Assembly (NCBI GenBank): GCA_965228475.1
Contig: OZ245817.1
Coordinates: 1,760,001-1,824,000 of the forward strand
Direction of reading: 5' to 3'
Length of the DNA: 64,000 bases
Source: Myxococcota bacterium
GTDB taxonomy: Bacteria; Myxococcota_A; UBA9160; JAFDDA01
The first letter of the stretch is position 1. Every line of letters begins with the position of its first letter. Below, in pieces: positions 1 through 9,836 of this stretch. The notes below the pieces were generated by a model. It searched no databases, was not told the origin of the DNA, and worked only from the letters and a program-made list of their open reading frames with translations. The translations under genes were made by a program, and so were the position numbers.

Positions 1-2
1 TG

Positions 3-347
3 CGAGGCCAGGCCGTCCAGGTGACCGTGGTCGCCCATGAGGCGGCGGCGAAGGCGGTCGTCGAGGGCGGGCGCGAGCAGCTCGCCGACGCGCTCTCGAC
101 GCGCGAGCTCCGCATGGAGAGCTTCGAGGTCCACGGCGCCTCGCGTGACGACACGCGCGACGCCCGGTCCGAGACTGGCCGAGGCCTGCGCGACCCCGCC
201 CAGGACGAAGGACGTCCGGCCGGCCAGCACGCGCGTGAGGAACGCGACGCGCCGGACGCCGGGCGCATGACGACGCCCGCGACGTTCGCGGGCCTCGCCG
301 CCCCCTCCGCGCCGCTCGCCGACGGGCGCGGGCACTGGGTGACCTGA
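3..347 (+). CDS. fliK: Flagellar hook-length control protein, C-terminal fragment (5' truncated by window)
   Basis: Frame is open from the window edge; VQVTVVAHEAAAKAVVEGGREQLADALSTRELRMESFEV resembles the FliK C-terminal domain; lies directly upstream of flgD-flgE. Confidence 0.75.
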   Translation, partial: RGQAVQVTVVAHEAAAKAVVEGGREQLADALSTRELRMESFEVHGASRDDTRDARSETGRGLRDPAQDEGRPAGQHAREERDAPDAGRMTTPATFAGLAAPSAPLADGRGHWVT

Positions 348-408
348 GCGCGCCGGAGACGAACCGACGGATCGGCCGAAGCGGCCGGTCCGACCGCGAG
401 GAGACGAC

Positions 409-1134
409 ATGCTGTCGAGTGAAATCGAAGCCCTGACCGGAGGCGCTGCCCCGGAACCCGAGCCGGAGAGCGCTTCGAGCATCGGCCGGGACGACTTCCT
501 GCGCATGCTGATCGCGCAGCTCGAGAATCAGGATCCGCTGAACCCGCAGGACCCGAGCGAGTTCACGGCCCAGCTCGCCACCTTCTCGAACCTCGAGCAG
601 CAGATCGCGATCCGCGACGGCATCGACGAGCTGGTCGAGCTGCAGACGCCCGAACAGGGCCCGAACGCCACCGACTCGCTGCTCCAGTCCCTGACCGCCA
701 CCAGCATGGTGGGCCGCGAGGTGCTGGCCGCCTCCTCGACCTTCGAGCTGAAGGAAGAGGGCGACCGCCACGATCTGACCTTCGACCTCGCGGCGATCGC
801 GCCGGACGTGCGGATCGAGATCCGGAACACGAATGGCGTGTTGGTCGACGTGATCGAGGACGGGGAGATCGTCCCCGACAACCAGGCCCTGGCCCAGGGA
901 CAGCAGACCTACGAGTGGGACGGCCGGACGCTTGCCGGGAACGAAGCTGGGCCCGGGGTCTACCAGTACGAAGTGATCGCGACCAACGGCGAGGAGCGCA
1001 TCCCGGTTCAGCCCCTCCTGAACGGCCGCGTCACCGGCGCGGGCATGGGCAGCGAGCCCCTGCTCTTCGTCGGTGAGGTCGCGATTCCGCTCTCCAGCGT
1101 GATCGAAGTCCGCGAGGCGGGGGCAGACTCCTGA
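409..1134 (+). CDS. flgD: Flagellar hook capping protein
   Basis: DDFLRMLIAQLENQDPLNPQDPSEFTAQLATFSNLEQ signature plus a C-terminal WDG-containing Ig-like domain; GAGGAG RBS. Confidence 0.95.
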   Translation: MLSSEIEALTGGAAPEPEPESASSIGRDDFLRMLIAQLENQDPLNPQDPSEFTAQLATFSNLEQQIAIRDGIDELVELQTPEQGPNATDSLLQSLTATSMVGREVLAASSTFELKEEGDRHDLTFDLAAIAPDVRIEIRNTNGVLVDVIEDGEIVPDNQALAQGQQTYEWDGRTLAGNEAGPGVYQYEVIATNGEERIPVQPLLNGRVTGAGMGSEPLLFVGEVAIPLSSVIEVREAGADS

Positions 1135-1334
1135 TGCTGCGTCTTCTTCGCGCTGCGCTCCAACGTCTCCGCCGGGCCGAACCGAAGCTCGACTTCGCCC
1201 AGACCCTCCGCCTCGCGCAAGAGCGCATCGAACCCGTTCCCGTGCGTGCCCTCACCCTCGAGCGCGCACTCGTTTCCAACCTCTCCACGACCGATTCCAA
1301 CCATTCCAGAGTCCCCCACGCAGGAGCCAAGTAG
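1134..1334 (+). CDS. Small hypothetical protein between flgD and flgE (66 aa)
   Basis: ATG overlaps the flgD stop (TGATG); its TAG ends 1 nt before the flgE ATG. Confidence 0.4.
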   Translation: MLRLLRAALQRLRRAEPKLDFAQTLRLAQERIEPVPVRALTLERALVSNLSTTDSNHSRVPHAGAK

Positions 1335-1335
1335 C

Positions 1336-2640
1336 ATGGGTATCAGCAGTGCACTGTTTGCCGGCATTTCCGGCCTGAACAGCCAGTCCAACGCCATCAG
1401 CGTCGTCGGTGACAACATCGCCAATACGTCGACGCCGGGCTTCAAGGCACGGCGGGCCGACTTCGCCGACGTCCTCGGCCAGTCGATCTCGACCGGTGGC
1501 AACAGCAGCCAGATCGGCGCCGGCAGCCGGACGATCCGGGTGGCTCCGATCTTCACCCAGGGCACGCTCGAATCGAGCGCGCGGACGTCGGACCTCGCGG
1601 TCGAGGGCCGGGGCTTCTTCGTGGTGGACGGCCCGAGCGGCCGGTTCTACACGCGTGCGGGCCTCTTCCAGTTCAACGACGTCGGCCAGCTCGTGGACCC
1701 GAACGGCAACCGCGTGCAGGGCTTCGGGATCGACCCGCTGACCCAGGGCAGCAACGGCCAGCTCGGGGACGTGGTGCTCGACAACAGCGTGTCGGCTCCG
1801 AGTGCGACCAGCCAGATCGAACTCTCCGTGAACCTCGACTCGGGCGCGGCGACCACCGGCGCGTTCGACCCGGCGGACCCGAACGGGACGAGCGATCACC
1901 GGACGGTCGTGACGGTCTACGACTCGCTCGGCAACCCGCACCAGGCGACCGTCTTCTTCTCGAAGACCGGCGCCAACACGTGGCAGTACTCCGTCGCCCT
2001 GCCGACGGCCTCGACCCTGACGCCGCCGGCGAACGTGAACGATCAGTTCGTCGTGATGGCCGGCGGGGGCCAGGGCACGCTGAACTTCGATTCGGCGGGA
2101 GCGTTGACGTCGACGGTTCCGAGCCCGCTCGGCGCGGTGACGTTCGACTTCACGGGCGGGGCCGCCGCGGCCGCCGTTTCGCTGAACCTGGGCCCGGTGG
2201 GTGCCGCGGGGACCGGCGATGCGACCACCCAGTTCGCCAACGCGTCCAGCACCAACTCGTTCTCCCAGGACGGTTTCGGCGCGGGCCTTCCCCAGGCGGT
2301 GACGTTCGATCCCTCGGGCTTCCTGAACGTGCAGTACTCGAACGGTCAGTCGCTGAACGTGGCCCAGGTGGCGCTCGCGAACTTCGCGAACGTCGAGGGC
2401 CTCCAGGCGGTGGGCAACAGCAACTTCGCCGAGTCGACTTCTTCGGGGCAGGTACTGATCGGCGAGCCGCAGACGGGCGTCTTCGGAAGCGTCCGGGGCT
2501 CCTCGATCGAGTCCTCGAACGTGGACCTGGCGGAGCAGTTCGTGCGGATGATCGTCGCCCAACGCGCCTTCCAGGCGAACACGCGGACGATCTCGACCAC
2601 GAACGACCTCATGGGAGCCCTGGTCTCCCTCGGCCAGTAA
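1336..2640 (+). CDS. flgE: Flagellar hook protein
   Basis: N-terminal SGLNSQSNAISVVGDNIANTSTPGFK, YTRAGLF, C-terminal IESSNVDLAEQFVRMIVAQRAFQAN; start placed at ATG 1336 after AGGAG. Confidence 0.96.
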   Translation: MGISSALFAGISGLNSQSNAISVVGDNIANTSTPGFKARRADFADVLGQSISTGGNSSQIGAGSRTIRVAPIFTQGTLESSARTSDLAVEGRGFFVVDGPSGRFYTRAGLFQFNDVGQLVDPNGNRVQGFGIDPLTQGSNGQLGDVVLDNSVSAPSATSQIELSVNLDSGAATTGAFDPADPNGTSDHRTVVTVYDSLGNPHQATVFFSKTGANTWQYSVALPTASTLTPPANVNDQFVVMAGGGQGTLNFDSAGALTSTVPSPLGAVTFDFTGGAAAAAVSLNLGPVGAAGTGDATTQFANASSTNSFSQDGFGAGLPQAVTFDPSGFLNVQYSNGQSLNVAQVALANFANVEGLQAVGNSNFAESTSSGQVLIGEPQTGVFGSVRGSSIESSNVDLAEQFVRMIVAQRAFQANTRTISTTNDLMGALVSLGQ

Positions 2641-2649
2641 CGATTCAGA

Positions 2650-2705
2650 TGCGGGGCTTCGCCCGCGGGCTTCCGTCGCGTCCGGAAGCCGGGGCGGGCC
2701 CCGCA
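2650..2705 (+). terminator. GC-rich stem-loop after flgE (possible terminator or mRNA-stabilising hairpin)
   Basis: TGCGGGGC...GCCCCGCA outer arms and GGCTTCCG...CGGAAGCC inner arms; no U-tract. Confidence 0.35.
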
Positions 2706-2797
2706 CCTGAACGGCCGCTCCGCCGCACCGTGGCCTCGCAGGCCGCGGTCCGGCGGGGTTCGTGACGAAGAATCGCCAGGTCGTGAAGGAGCAAGCC

Positions 2798-3904
2798 ATG
2801 ACCGACGAGCGTCGCCCGGCGGCAGTCTGCATCGCCGCCGGCGCGCAGCAGCTTCCGGTGATCCGCGCGGCGGGGTCTCTCGGGCTGGCCGTCGTGGGCG
2901 TCGATCGGGATCCCGAGGCCGTGGGCTTCGAGGCCTGCGAGGAGCGCGTGCTCGCGTCCACCCACGACCCCTCCGCGGTGTTGCGCCGGCTCGAACCGCT
3001 CGCCGAACGCTACGACTTCCGGAGCGTTCTCGTGCGGTCGGCCGGGCCGCCCGTCGTGACCGCCGCCGTGGTTTCCGAGACGCTCGGCATCCCCGGCGTC
3101 TCGCCCGAGGCCGCGCACCAGATCGTCGACAAGGAACGGCTGCTCGCGGCCTGTGCGGAGGCGGGCATTCCGGCGCCGTCCGTTCGTTCGGCGGCGAAGC
3201 TCGAGGATCTCGAATCTCCCGGCGCGCCGATCCCGCCGCTGCCCTGCATCGTGAAGCCGGCCCTCGGCATGGTGGGCAAGCAGGCGATCCGGATGGTGCG
3301 TGCGGAGAGCGAGCTCGCCGAGGCCTTCGCCGCGTCCCGCGCGGTATCGGCCACGGGCCGGGTCAACGTCGAGGAGTGGGTGCCCGGCTTCGACTGCGGA
3401 CTGGTCTCGGTGGTGCGCGGCGGGGTCCTCCATCCGATCACGCTGATCGACGAGTGGAACGAGATCGACGGGGACGGCGCCGTGCTGCCCCGGGGCGTCT
3501 CGTCCCCCTCGCGGTTCAGCGGCCAGCCCGAAGAGGGCCGGGTGCTCGCGCTGGCGCGCCGGCTCGTCTCCCACTTCGCCCTCGATACGACCGCTTTCAT
3601 GATGGCGTGCCGGGTGCTTCCGGGCGGCGAGCCCGTGCTCACGGAGATCCATCTCGACCTCGGCGGGGATCGCATCCTCGACGATCTGCTCCCGGCCTCC
3701 TCTTCCTGCGACGTGCTGGGGCACGTGGTGGGATTGCTCTGCGAGGCGCCGGGTGAACCGCCGAGCGAGAAGCCGCTCGGCGCCTTCCGCCCTGCGGCGA
3801 TCCGCTTCGGCGCGGACGCCCCCGAGACCCCCGGAGGCCGCACGGCGCGCGTGCTGATCGCCGACGACGCGCCCTCGCTCGAACTGGCGATGGGGCGGCT
3901 GTGA
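2798..3904 (+). CDS. ATP-grasp domain protein
   Basis: IAAGAQQLPVIRAA N-domain, DKERL, PCIVKP, VEEWVPG, TEIHLDLGGD; AAGGAG RBS. Confidence 0.85.
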   Translation: MTDERRPAAVCIAAGAQQLPVIRAAGSLGLAVVGVDRDPEAVGFEACEERVLASTHDPSAVLRRLEPLAERYDFRSVLVRSAGPPVVTAAVVSETLGIPGVSPEAAHQIVDKERLLAACAEAGIPAPSVRSAAKLEDLESPGAPIPPLPCIVKPALGMVGKQAIRMVRAESELAEAFAASRAVSATGRVNVEEWVPGFDCGLVSVVRGGVLHPITLIDEWNEIDGDGAVLPRGVSSPSRFSGQPEEGRVLALARRLVSHFALDTTAFMMACRVLPGGEPVLTEIHLDLGGDRILDDLLPASSSCDVLGHVVGLLCEAPGEPPSEKPLGAFRPAAIRFGADAPETPGGRTARVLIADDAPSLELAMGRL

Positions 3905-4851
3905 GCGGCAGGGAGCGTCAGGTCCTCGTCCTCGGCTGCAACGCCAACCAGGTGCCCTACATCGAGGCGGCCCGTGCGCTCGGCTTCCGGGTGATCGGGA
4001 CGGACCGCAACGCCGATGCGCCCGGAACGGCCCTCGTGGATGCGTTCCACCCGGTGGCCTACGACGACGTCCCGGGCCTGCTCGACGCGGCCCGCAAGGA
4101 AGCGCTCGGCCCGGACGACCGCGTCTTCACGGCGGCGGCCCATCTGGCCTACGAAGGTGCGGTGGAGGTCGCCCGCGCGGCGGGGATTGCCTTCCCGAGC
4201 CGGGACGCCATCCACACCGCCCTCGACAAGACCCGCTTCTACCCGGCCCTCGAGCGCGTGGGGCTGCGAATCCCGAAGACCGTACGGCTGCGGCCGGAGG
4301 ACGAGCCCGAACTCGATGCCGGGCGCGCCTACTGGCTGAAGTCCGACTACGGGAAGTCGCCTCGCTACTGCTGGCGCGTCACGGAAGGGCGGCTGCCGCC
4401 GCGTCCGGAAGCCTTCGACGCGTTCTACCGGGCGGGTTTCTTGCTCCAGGAGGAGATCGTCGGCACTCACCTGCGCGTGAACCTCTGGCCCGGAGACCTC
4501 GCGGTCTTCGAGCGGGACGGCGAGGAATGGCACGCACGGGAGGGGCTTCCGCAGCGCGTCGCCGCCGGACTGCGCGCCTTCGTCGGCAGTCTCGGCTTCG
4601 GGGGCTGGCTCACCAAGTTCGATCTGATCGAGCGGGAAGGGGTGCACTACGTGCTCGACCTCGGTCTCGACCCCCCGCTCCGGCTGCGCCGCGCCTGTGA
4701 AGCGCGAGGCAAGGACTTCGCGCGTGCCTACACCGCGCTCTATCTCTGCGGGGATCCCGCAGGGCTGCCGTGCTGGGAGGCGCTCCGCCGCGGAGCGTCC
4801 GTGCACGTCTCCACGGCCGCCGAAGTGGCAGGGAGTCGCGCGTGCGGGTGA
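3901..4851 (+). CDS. Divergent ATP-grasp domain protein
   Basis: VLVLGCNANQVPYIEAA, DKTRF, WLKSDYGKSP, LQEEIVG; GTGA overlap with the previous gene. Confidence 0.75.
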   Translation: MSGRERQVLVLGCNANQVPYIEAARALGFRVIGTDRNADAPGTALVDAFHPVAYDDVPGLLDAARKEALGPDDRVFTAAAHLAYEGAVEVARAAGIAFPSRDAIHTALDKTRFYPALERVGLRIPKTVRLRPEDEPELDAGRAYWLKSDYGKSPRYCWRVTEGRLPPRPEAFDAFYRAGFLLQEEIVGTHLRVNLWPGDLAVFERDGEEWHAREGLPQRVAAGLRAFVGSLGFGGWLTKFDLIEREGVHYVLDLGLDPPLRLRRACEARGKDFARAYTALYLCGDPAGLPCWEALRRGASVHVSTAAEVAGSRACG

Positions 4852-5972
4852 TCGTGGCCAGTGCCCTCGGCGAAGCGCGGCTCGCGGCGTGTCTCGATGC
4901 CCTGCACACGTCCGCCCCCGACTGGCAGCCCGAGGTGCACGTCGTCGAGGAGAGGGGAACGCGGGAGGCGACCTGGAACGCGGGGCTCGACGCGGTGGGC
5001 CGGGACCAGGACGTGCTCTTCCTCGGCGACGACATCACGCTCACGCCCGGCTTTCGGGACGCGCTCGAGCGCGGCGCCGCTCGGGCCGAGATCGTCGGGC
5101 TCTGCACCGTCGACCCGCCGGCCGACGACGGACCGGCCGCGTCGCGAAGGGTCGGAGATCGGGGCTATCGGCTGGCCCGCACCGACGGGCGCGTCACCGT
5201 CGAAGCGCTCGACCGGGGCGAGACGGTCGAAGGGCTCGAACCCTTCGGCGTTCGCGCGTGCGATGCGGTGTGCGGCTGCCTCTTCCTCGTGAAGGCGCCG
5301 ATCCTGCGCGCCGTCGAACGGTTCCGGCCCGAAGGGATGAACCGCTGGGGGGAGCTGATCTTCGCGCTCGAGGCGCGGGCGGCCGGCGCCCGCGTCGCCG
5401 TCGTCGAACACTACGTGGAGCACGCGGCCACGAGCAGCAAGGCGAAGACGGATCCGCTCCTCGCGAGCACGAGCTGGTCCACGGAGCGGCAGCTCTGGTC
5501 CCGCGTGGTCGACCGCTTCGTGCGGGACGAGTGGGTGTCCGACGCCGGAGCGACCCGCATCGACCCGGGCCTCCGCCGCTGGCTCGATCGGCCGGGACGG
5601 CTCGTCTTCTACGGAGCCGGGACCGTGGCGGCGCATCTCCTCGAACACGCCGGCCTCGGGCCCGAACGCGTGCTCCTGTGCAGCGGCCTTCCCGAGGAGG
5701 CCGGCGTTCCGTTCCAGGGCCACGAGATCGTGCCCGTCGGCGCCGTGCGCTTCACGCCGACGGACCGGGTTCTCGTGACCCCGCTCCATCGCGGGGAGAA
5801 GATCGCCCGCGAGGAGATCCTGCCGCGCCTTCCCAGGAACTTCCGCGGCCAGGTGGGCGCCGTCGGGTCCCGGACCGAGCCCGGCGGTGGACGGTCGCTC
5901 TGCCTCGAAGAGCTCGACACCGAGCCCCACTGGGGCGCTCCGCAGGATCCGGAGCCGCTCGAGGTCCGCTGA
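4842..5972 (+). CDS. GT-A (family 2-like) glycosyltransferase with C-terminal Rossmann-like domain
   Basis: TWNAGL...DVLFLGDDI, DAVCGCLFLVK; C-terminal RLVFYGAGTVA. Start at 4842 or 4848. Confidence 0.7.
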   Translation: MRVIVASALGEARLAACLDALHTSAPDWQPEVHVVEERGTREATWNAGLDAVGRDQDVLFLGDDITLTPGFRDALERGAARAEIVGLCTVDPPADDGPAASRRVGDRGYRLARTDGRVTVEALDRGETVEGLEPFGVRACDAVCGCLFLVKAPILRAVERFRPEGMNRWGELIFALEARAAGARVAVVEHYVEHAATSSKAKTDPLLASTSWSTERQLWSRVVDRFVRDEWVSDAGATRIDPGLRRWLDRPGRLVFYGAGTVAAHLLEHAGLGPERVLLCSGLPEEAGVPFQGHEIVPVGAVRFTPTDRVLVTPLHRGEKIAREEILPRLPRNFRGQVGAVGSRTEPGGGRSLCLEELDTEPHWGAPQDPEPLEVR

Positions 5973-6032
5973 AACCTCCGCCGGGGTCGTGGCGTCCCAC
6001 TTCGTGTGGGTCATTCTCTCGAGATGCTCGTG

Positions 6033-6488
6033 ATGCCGCGCCGATGGCTCGTTTCCGCCGCCCTATTCCTCGGCCTCGTTCTCGGCTTGGGTCTGGCTGC
6101 GCCCGGCGCCGGGGCCGTCGAGTCGTTCAAGAACGCGTGCCGCCTCGACACCCAGCTCTTCTGCAGCGAGGTCGATCCCGAGAGCCCGCGCGTCGAGTTC
6201 GAGCGCTGCCTGCGCGCCAACATGGAGACGCTGACCGAGTCCTGCCGCGCCGTCCTCGACCCGAGCACCGTCCCCAAGCCGGTCCGCCGCTACCCGCCGA
6301 ATCCCTTCGACGTCTGCCGGGACGACTTCCGGCGCCTCTGCCCGCGCGTGCAGGACCGGATGGAGGCCGCGCGCTGCGTGAGCCGGCAGATGAATTCGCT
6401 CTCGGCCGACTGCCGGGAAGCGATCGAGTCCGCCACCCGCCGGCCGGGCTCGGGGTCGAAGGCCCCCGGAACCGCCCCCGCCCCCTGA
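6033..6488 (+). CDS. Secreted cysteine-rich repeat protein (GLG1-like repeats)
   Basis: Signal peptide, then two C-x2-D-x4-C...C-(L/V)-x6-L-x3-C units. Confidence 0.7.
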   Translation: MPRRWLVSAALFLGLVLGLGLAAPGAGAVESFKNACRLDTQLFCSEVDPESPRVEFERCLRANMETLTESCRAVLDPSTVPKPVRRYPPNPFDVCRDDFRRLCPRVQDRMEAARCVSRQMNSLSADCREAIESATRRPGSGSKAPGTAPAP

Positions 6489-6561
6489 GCCGCCCTCGGC
6501 AGCCAGATCGAGGTTGCTTTTCCGCCCCGCCCGGGCTCAGACTGCGCGCGGGAGGATCATC

Positions 6562-6783
6562 ATGCGACGAACGTTCGGAGCTCTCGTGTTGGGACTTTCG
6601 CTGGTGGGCGCTGCGCCCGTGGCGCTGGCGGACGATGCGGCGAGCGACGCGGTCGCGGCCCTCGAGGACGCCGTCGAGGATGCGCAGGACGATGGCTCGA
6701 ACCGCAACCTGATCCTTGCGGCGATCCTCGCCGTGGTGGTGATCGGCGGCGGCATCGCCATGAGCCGGCGCGGCCAGGGCTAG
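6562..6783 (+). CDS. Small exported/membrane-anchored protein
   Basis: GGAGG RBS; signal peptide ending ALA; acidic helix; C-terminal TM followed by RRG. Confidence 0.65.
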   Translation: MRRTFGALVLGLSLVGAAPVALADDAASDAVAALEDAVEDAQDDGSNRNLILAAILAVVVIGGGIAMSRRGQG

Positions 6784-6816
6784 CGCCCGCCCCCTCGCTT
6801 CCGGTCGTCCGACGCC

Positions 6817-8124
6817 CTAGGCCAGGGCGGCGTTCGGCCGTTCCGCTGGGCCCGTCGGCCCGGCGGTCAGGGGCTCGACTTCGACACGGACCTGCTCGAT
6901 GGCGGCGATCGCCTGGGCGATGGCCTGCTCGCGGCTCTCCCCGCACGCGATGACCGAGCCGCCCCGGGAGGGGTGGCTGTCGATCGGGCCGACCACGTCG
7001 CCGGGTGCGAGCCGGATCTGGCTCCAGGCCACGCCGGGGCTCTGGCCGGCTGCGGCCGCCCCCTGCACCGAGACGACGCGCCCCGGCTTCGGGAACAGGT
7101 AGCGCTGGGCCACGCCGCGCTCGAAGCGCGGCCGCAGGGATTCCGGGCTCGGCCGCTCGCCGAGCGCCACGCGGATCGCCTGGCCGACGAAGTCCACGCC
7201 GGTCGAGAGCGGAATCTCGTGCGAACAGAAGCGCCCGCCCGAGAGCCGCGCCGCGACCTCGATCACGTGGGGGACGCCGTCGCAAACGACGATGTCACCC
7301 TTCACGACCCCGTTCTCGATCCCGAGGGCGTCGGCGGCCTGCTGGACGAGTTCGCGGATCGCTTCGCGGACGGGTTCGCCATGGCGCGTCGGAAGGGCGC
7401 CGCCGTTTTCGATCATGTGGGGCGCGTAGCATTCGAGCAGTTCGTAGTTGCGGTCCGACATGCCGACGGTGTGAGCGACTCCGTCGACCACGATGCTTTC
7501 GGTGGAGACCTGCGGGCCCTCGAGGAAGCGCTCGACCATCACGCGCCGGGTCGGCGAGTGGCTGCGCGCGAAGGCGTAGGCCCAGTCGAGGTCGACCTCG
7601 GGGGTGAGGCGCAGGACGCCGCGGGCGCCGCGGCTGTCCACCGGCTTCACGACGAGCGGGAGGCCACGTTCGGCCGCGAGACCGGCGAGGGTCGCCGCGC
7701 TCTCGACCGGCGCGAAGGCCGGGATCGCGACGCCCCGTTCGGCGAAGCGCTCCTTCATCGCGAGTTTGTCGCTGGCGAGCTCCGCGGCTTCGAGCGAGAT
7801 CCCCGGCGCCCCGATGGCCCGGGCGACGTGGGCAACGGTCCGCGGGACGTCGGAGGCGATGCACATCACGCCGTCGACGCGCCGCACGCGGCGGTGGTAG
7901 TCGAGGACCGCGGCGGTCGTGACCTCGACGTCGTAGGTGCTCGCGAGCAGCCGGTCGTCGGCGGCGGCGAAGCCCGGCGCCTGCGGGTCGGCGTCGGTGG
8001 CCACGACGTGCAGGCCCAGGTCCTTCGCACGGGCGATGCCGTCGGCTGCCTCGGCCCCCGCGCCGACGACGCAGAGCGTCTGCGGCGGTGTGACGGGATT
8101 CATCGCCATCGGCACATCAGGCAT
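6817..8124 (-). CDS. ATP-grasp ligase (amino-acid ligase/carboxylate-amine ligase type)
   Basis: DKLAMKERF, PLVVKPVDSRGARGV, VERFLEGPQVSTE, KGDIV, IEVAARLSGG. Confidence 0.9.
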   Translation of the reverse strand: MPDVPMAMNPVTPPQTLCVVGAGAEAADGIARAKDLGLHVVATDADPQAPGFAAADDRLLASTYDVEVTTAAVLDYHRRVRRVDGVMCIASDVPRTVAHVARAIGAPGISLEAAELASDKLAMKERFAERGVAIPAFAPVESAATLAGLAAERGLPLVVKPVDSRGARGVLRLTPEVDLDWAYAFARSHSPTRRVMVERFLEGPQVSTESIVVDGVAHTVGMSDRNYELLECYAPHMIENGGALPTRHGEPVREAIRELVQQAADALGIENGVVKGDIVVCDGVPHVIEVAARLSGGRFCSHEIPLSTGVDFVGQAIRVALGERPSPESLRPRFERGVAQRYLFPKPGRVVSVQGAAAAGQSPGVAWSQIRLAPGDVVGPIDSHPSRGGSVIACGESREQAIAQAIAAIEQVRVEVEPLTAGPTGPAERPNAALA

Positions 8125-9061
8125 GGGGTTCGACGAGCACCTTCACGCTGCGGTGTTCGGCCTTGCGTCCGGCGACCTCGTAGGCCCGGGAGATTTCCTC
8201 GAGCGGGAAGCGGTGCGTGAGCAGGGAGTCGAGGTCGAGCGCTCGGCTCTCGACGAGCCGGATCGCTTCGGCGAACTCGGCCCGGGTGTAGCGCTGGCTC
8301 CCGAGGACGGAGAGCTCGCGCTCGACGATCCACTTGAGCGTCAGCGGCCGGCTGTCCTTGATGTTCCCGACGAGGACGACCCGTCCGCAGGTCTCCGTGT
8401 GGTCCGCGGCCCACTGGAGACCGGAACCGTCGCCGGCCGCGGCGACGAGCGTCACCTCGGGCCGGAAGGCTTCGGCGTCCTCCGCGCCGAGGCTCGCCCC
8501 GAGTTCGCGCTGGAAGTCGTGCCGCGCCAGCAGCCCGACCCGCTCGGCGCCGGCCTGGCGCGCGAGCTGGATGAGGAGCAGGCCGATCGTGCTGGCCCCG
8601 AGCACGGCCACGCGTTTCCCGGCCAGCGGCCCGGCCACGGAAAGCACGTGCAGGCTCGAGGCGATCGGCTCGACGCAGGCGGCGTGGGCCGGATCGGCGG
8701 CGATCGGGTGGACGTTCCTCTCCGGCGCGTGGACGCGTTCCGCGAAGCCGCCGGGCGCGTGGTGGCTGATCATCCGAGGGCTCGCGCAGAGGTTCTCGCG
8801 CCCGTCTCGACAGAACGAACACGTCCCGCACTCGACGAGCGGATTCACGACGACGAGCCGCCCGTCGGAGCGCCCGGCGATCTCGTGGCCGGGCCAGTAC
8901 TCGGGAATCGGCGGGTTGCGGTCGTAGATCCCGAGATCCGAGCCGCAGACGCCGCAGGCCGCGACGTCGATGGCCTGCCAGCCCGGTTCGTTCACGAACT
9001 CCGGCGGCTCGACCTGGCGAAGCTCGAAGGTCGAGGGTGCGACGAGGACGGCGGCGCGCAT
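8117..9061 (-). CDS. Zinc-dependent (MDR) alcohol/sugar dehydrogenase
   Basis: CGVCGSD, GHE, C-x2-C-x2-C-x7-C; start MRAAVL at 9061 (or GTG 9067). Confidence 0.9.
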   Translation of the reverse strand: MRAAVLVAPSTFELRQVEPPEFVNEPGWQAIDVAACGVCGSDLGIYDRNPPIPEYWPGHEIAGRSDGRLVVVNPLVECGTCSFCRDGRENLCASPRMISHHAPGGFAERVHAPERNVHPIAADPAHAACVEPIASSLHVLSVAGPLAGKRVAVLGASTIGLLLIQLARQAGAERVGLLARHDFQRELGASLGAEDAEAFRPEVTLVAAAGDGSGLQWAADHTETCGRVVLVGNIKDSRPLTLKWIVERELSVLGSQRYTRAEFAEAIRLVESRALDLDSLLTHRFPLEEISRAYEVAGRKAEHRSVKVLVEPHA

Positions 9062-9063
9062 GC

Positions 9064-9801
9064 TCACGCCCCCGCCGCGGCCGAGGGCGCCGTCCGCGGG
9101 GCCTCGGAGGGGGACCGGCCGAGGCGCTCGTAGCTCGCGCGGGAAGTGGCATCGAGCGTCTTCCAGGCGGCATGGAAGTCGCGCTCGCCCTGGAGCGTGA
9201 GCGGGTTCGCGTGCACGTTCGTCCAGGTGGCCGGCGGCACGGTCACGACGTCGGCGCCCCCGCCGATCGCGGCCTCCAGGTGATGCGGGTTGCGAAGGCT
9301 CGCCACGAGCAGGCGCGTCGGGCTCCCGAGCGCATCGAGCATGCGCCGGCACTGGCCGACGGCCGTGGCGTGCTGCTCCCCGAAGTCCTCGACCCGGCCG
9401 AGGATCAGGCTCAGGTAGGCCACGCCGAGGCGCGCGAAGGGGATGCCCTGGGCCGGGTCGAAGGCCAGGGTGATGTTGCACGGGATGCCGTCCCCGGTGA
9501 GGGCCTCGGCGGCGCGGTAGCCCTCGAGGGTGGCCGGCACCTTCACCACGATGTTCGGGGCGAGGCGCGCGAGCGCGCGGCCCTGCGGGATCATCTCCGC
9601 CGCCTCGGTGCTCGTGACCTGCGCCGAGACGGGGCCCGCCACGGCGTCCGCGACGCGCACGAGCTGGTCGAGCGGGTCGCCGCCCTCCTTGGCCAGGAGC
9701 GCCGGGTTCGTCGTCACGCCCTCCACCAGGCCGAAGGCCTGCCAGCGGCGGATCTCGTCGAGGCTCGCGGTGTCCAGGAAGAATTCGAGGTCGTGGCTCA
9801 T
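9064..9801 (-). CDS. Transaldolase / fructose-6-phosphate aldolase family
   Basis: FFLDTA, GVTTNPALL, VVKVP, NITL, LVASLRNP. Confidence 0.92.
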   Translation of the reverse strand: MSHDLEFFLDTASLDEIRRWQAFGLVEGVTTNPALLAKEGGDPLDQLVRVADAVAGPVSAQVTSTEAAEMIPQGRALARLAPNIVVKVPATLEGYRAAEALTGDGIPCNITLAFDPAQGIPFARLGVAYLSLILGRVEDFGEQHATAVGQCRRMLDALGSPTRLLVASLRNPHHLEAAIGGGADVVTVPPATWTNVHANPLTLQGERDFHAAWKTLDATSRASYERLGRSPSEAPRTAPSAAAGA

Positions 9802-9836
9802 GGTGTGTGGCTCCTGGTCCGCTGCGCCCGGGCCCG

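Noticed and set aside
1252..2961. Long antisense/alternate-frame ORFs here and throughout (e.g. 28783-32361, 34072-38241, 38564-41476)
   Set aside because: Shadow ORFs expected in very GC-rich DNA; Arg/Gly/Pro-rich, no motifs, and opposite well-supported genes.
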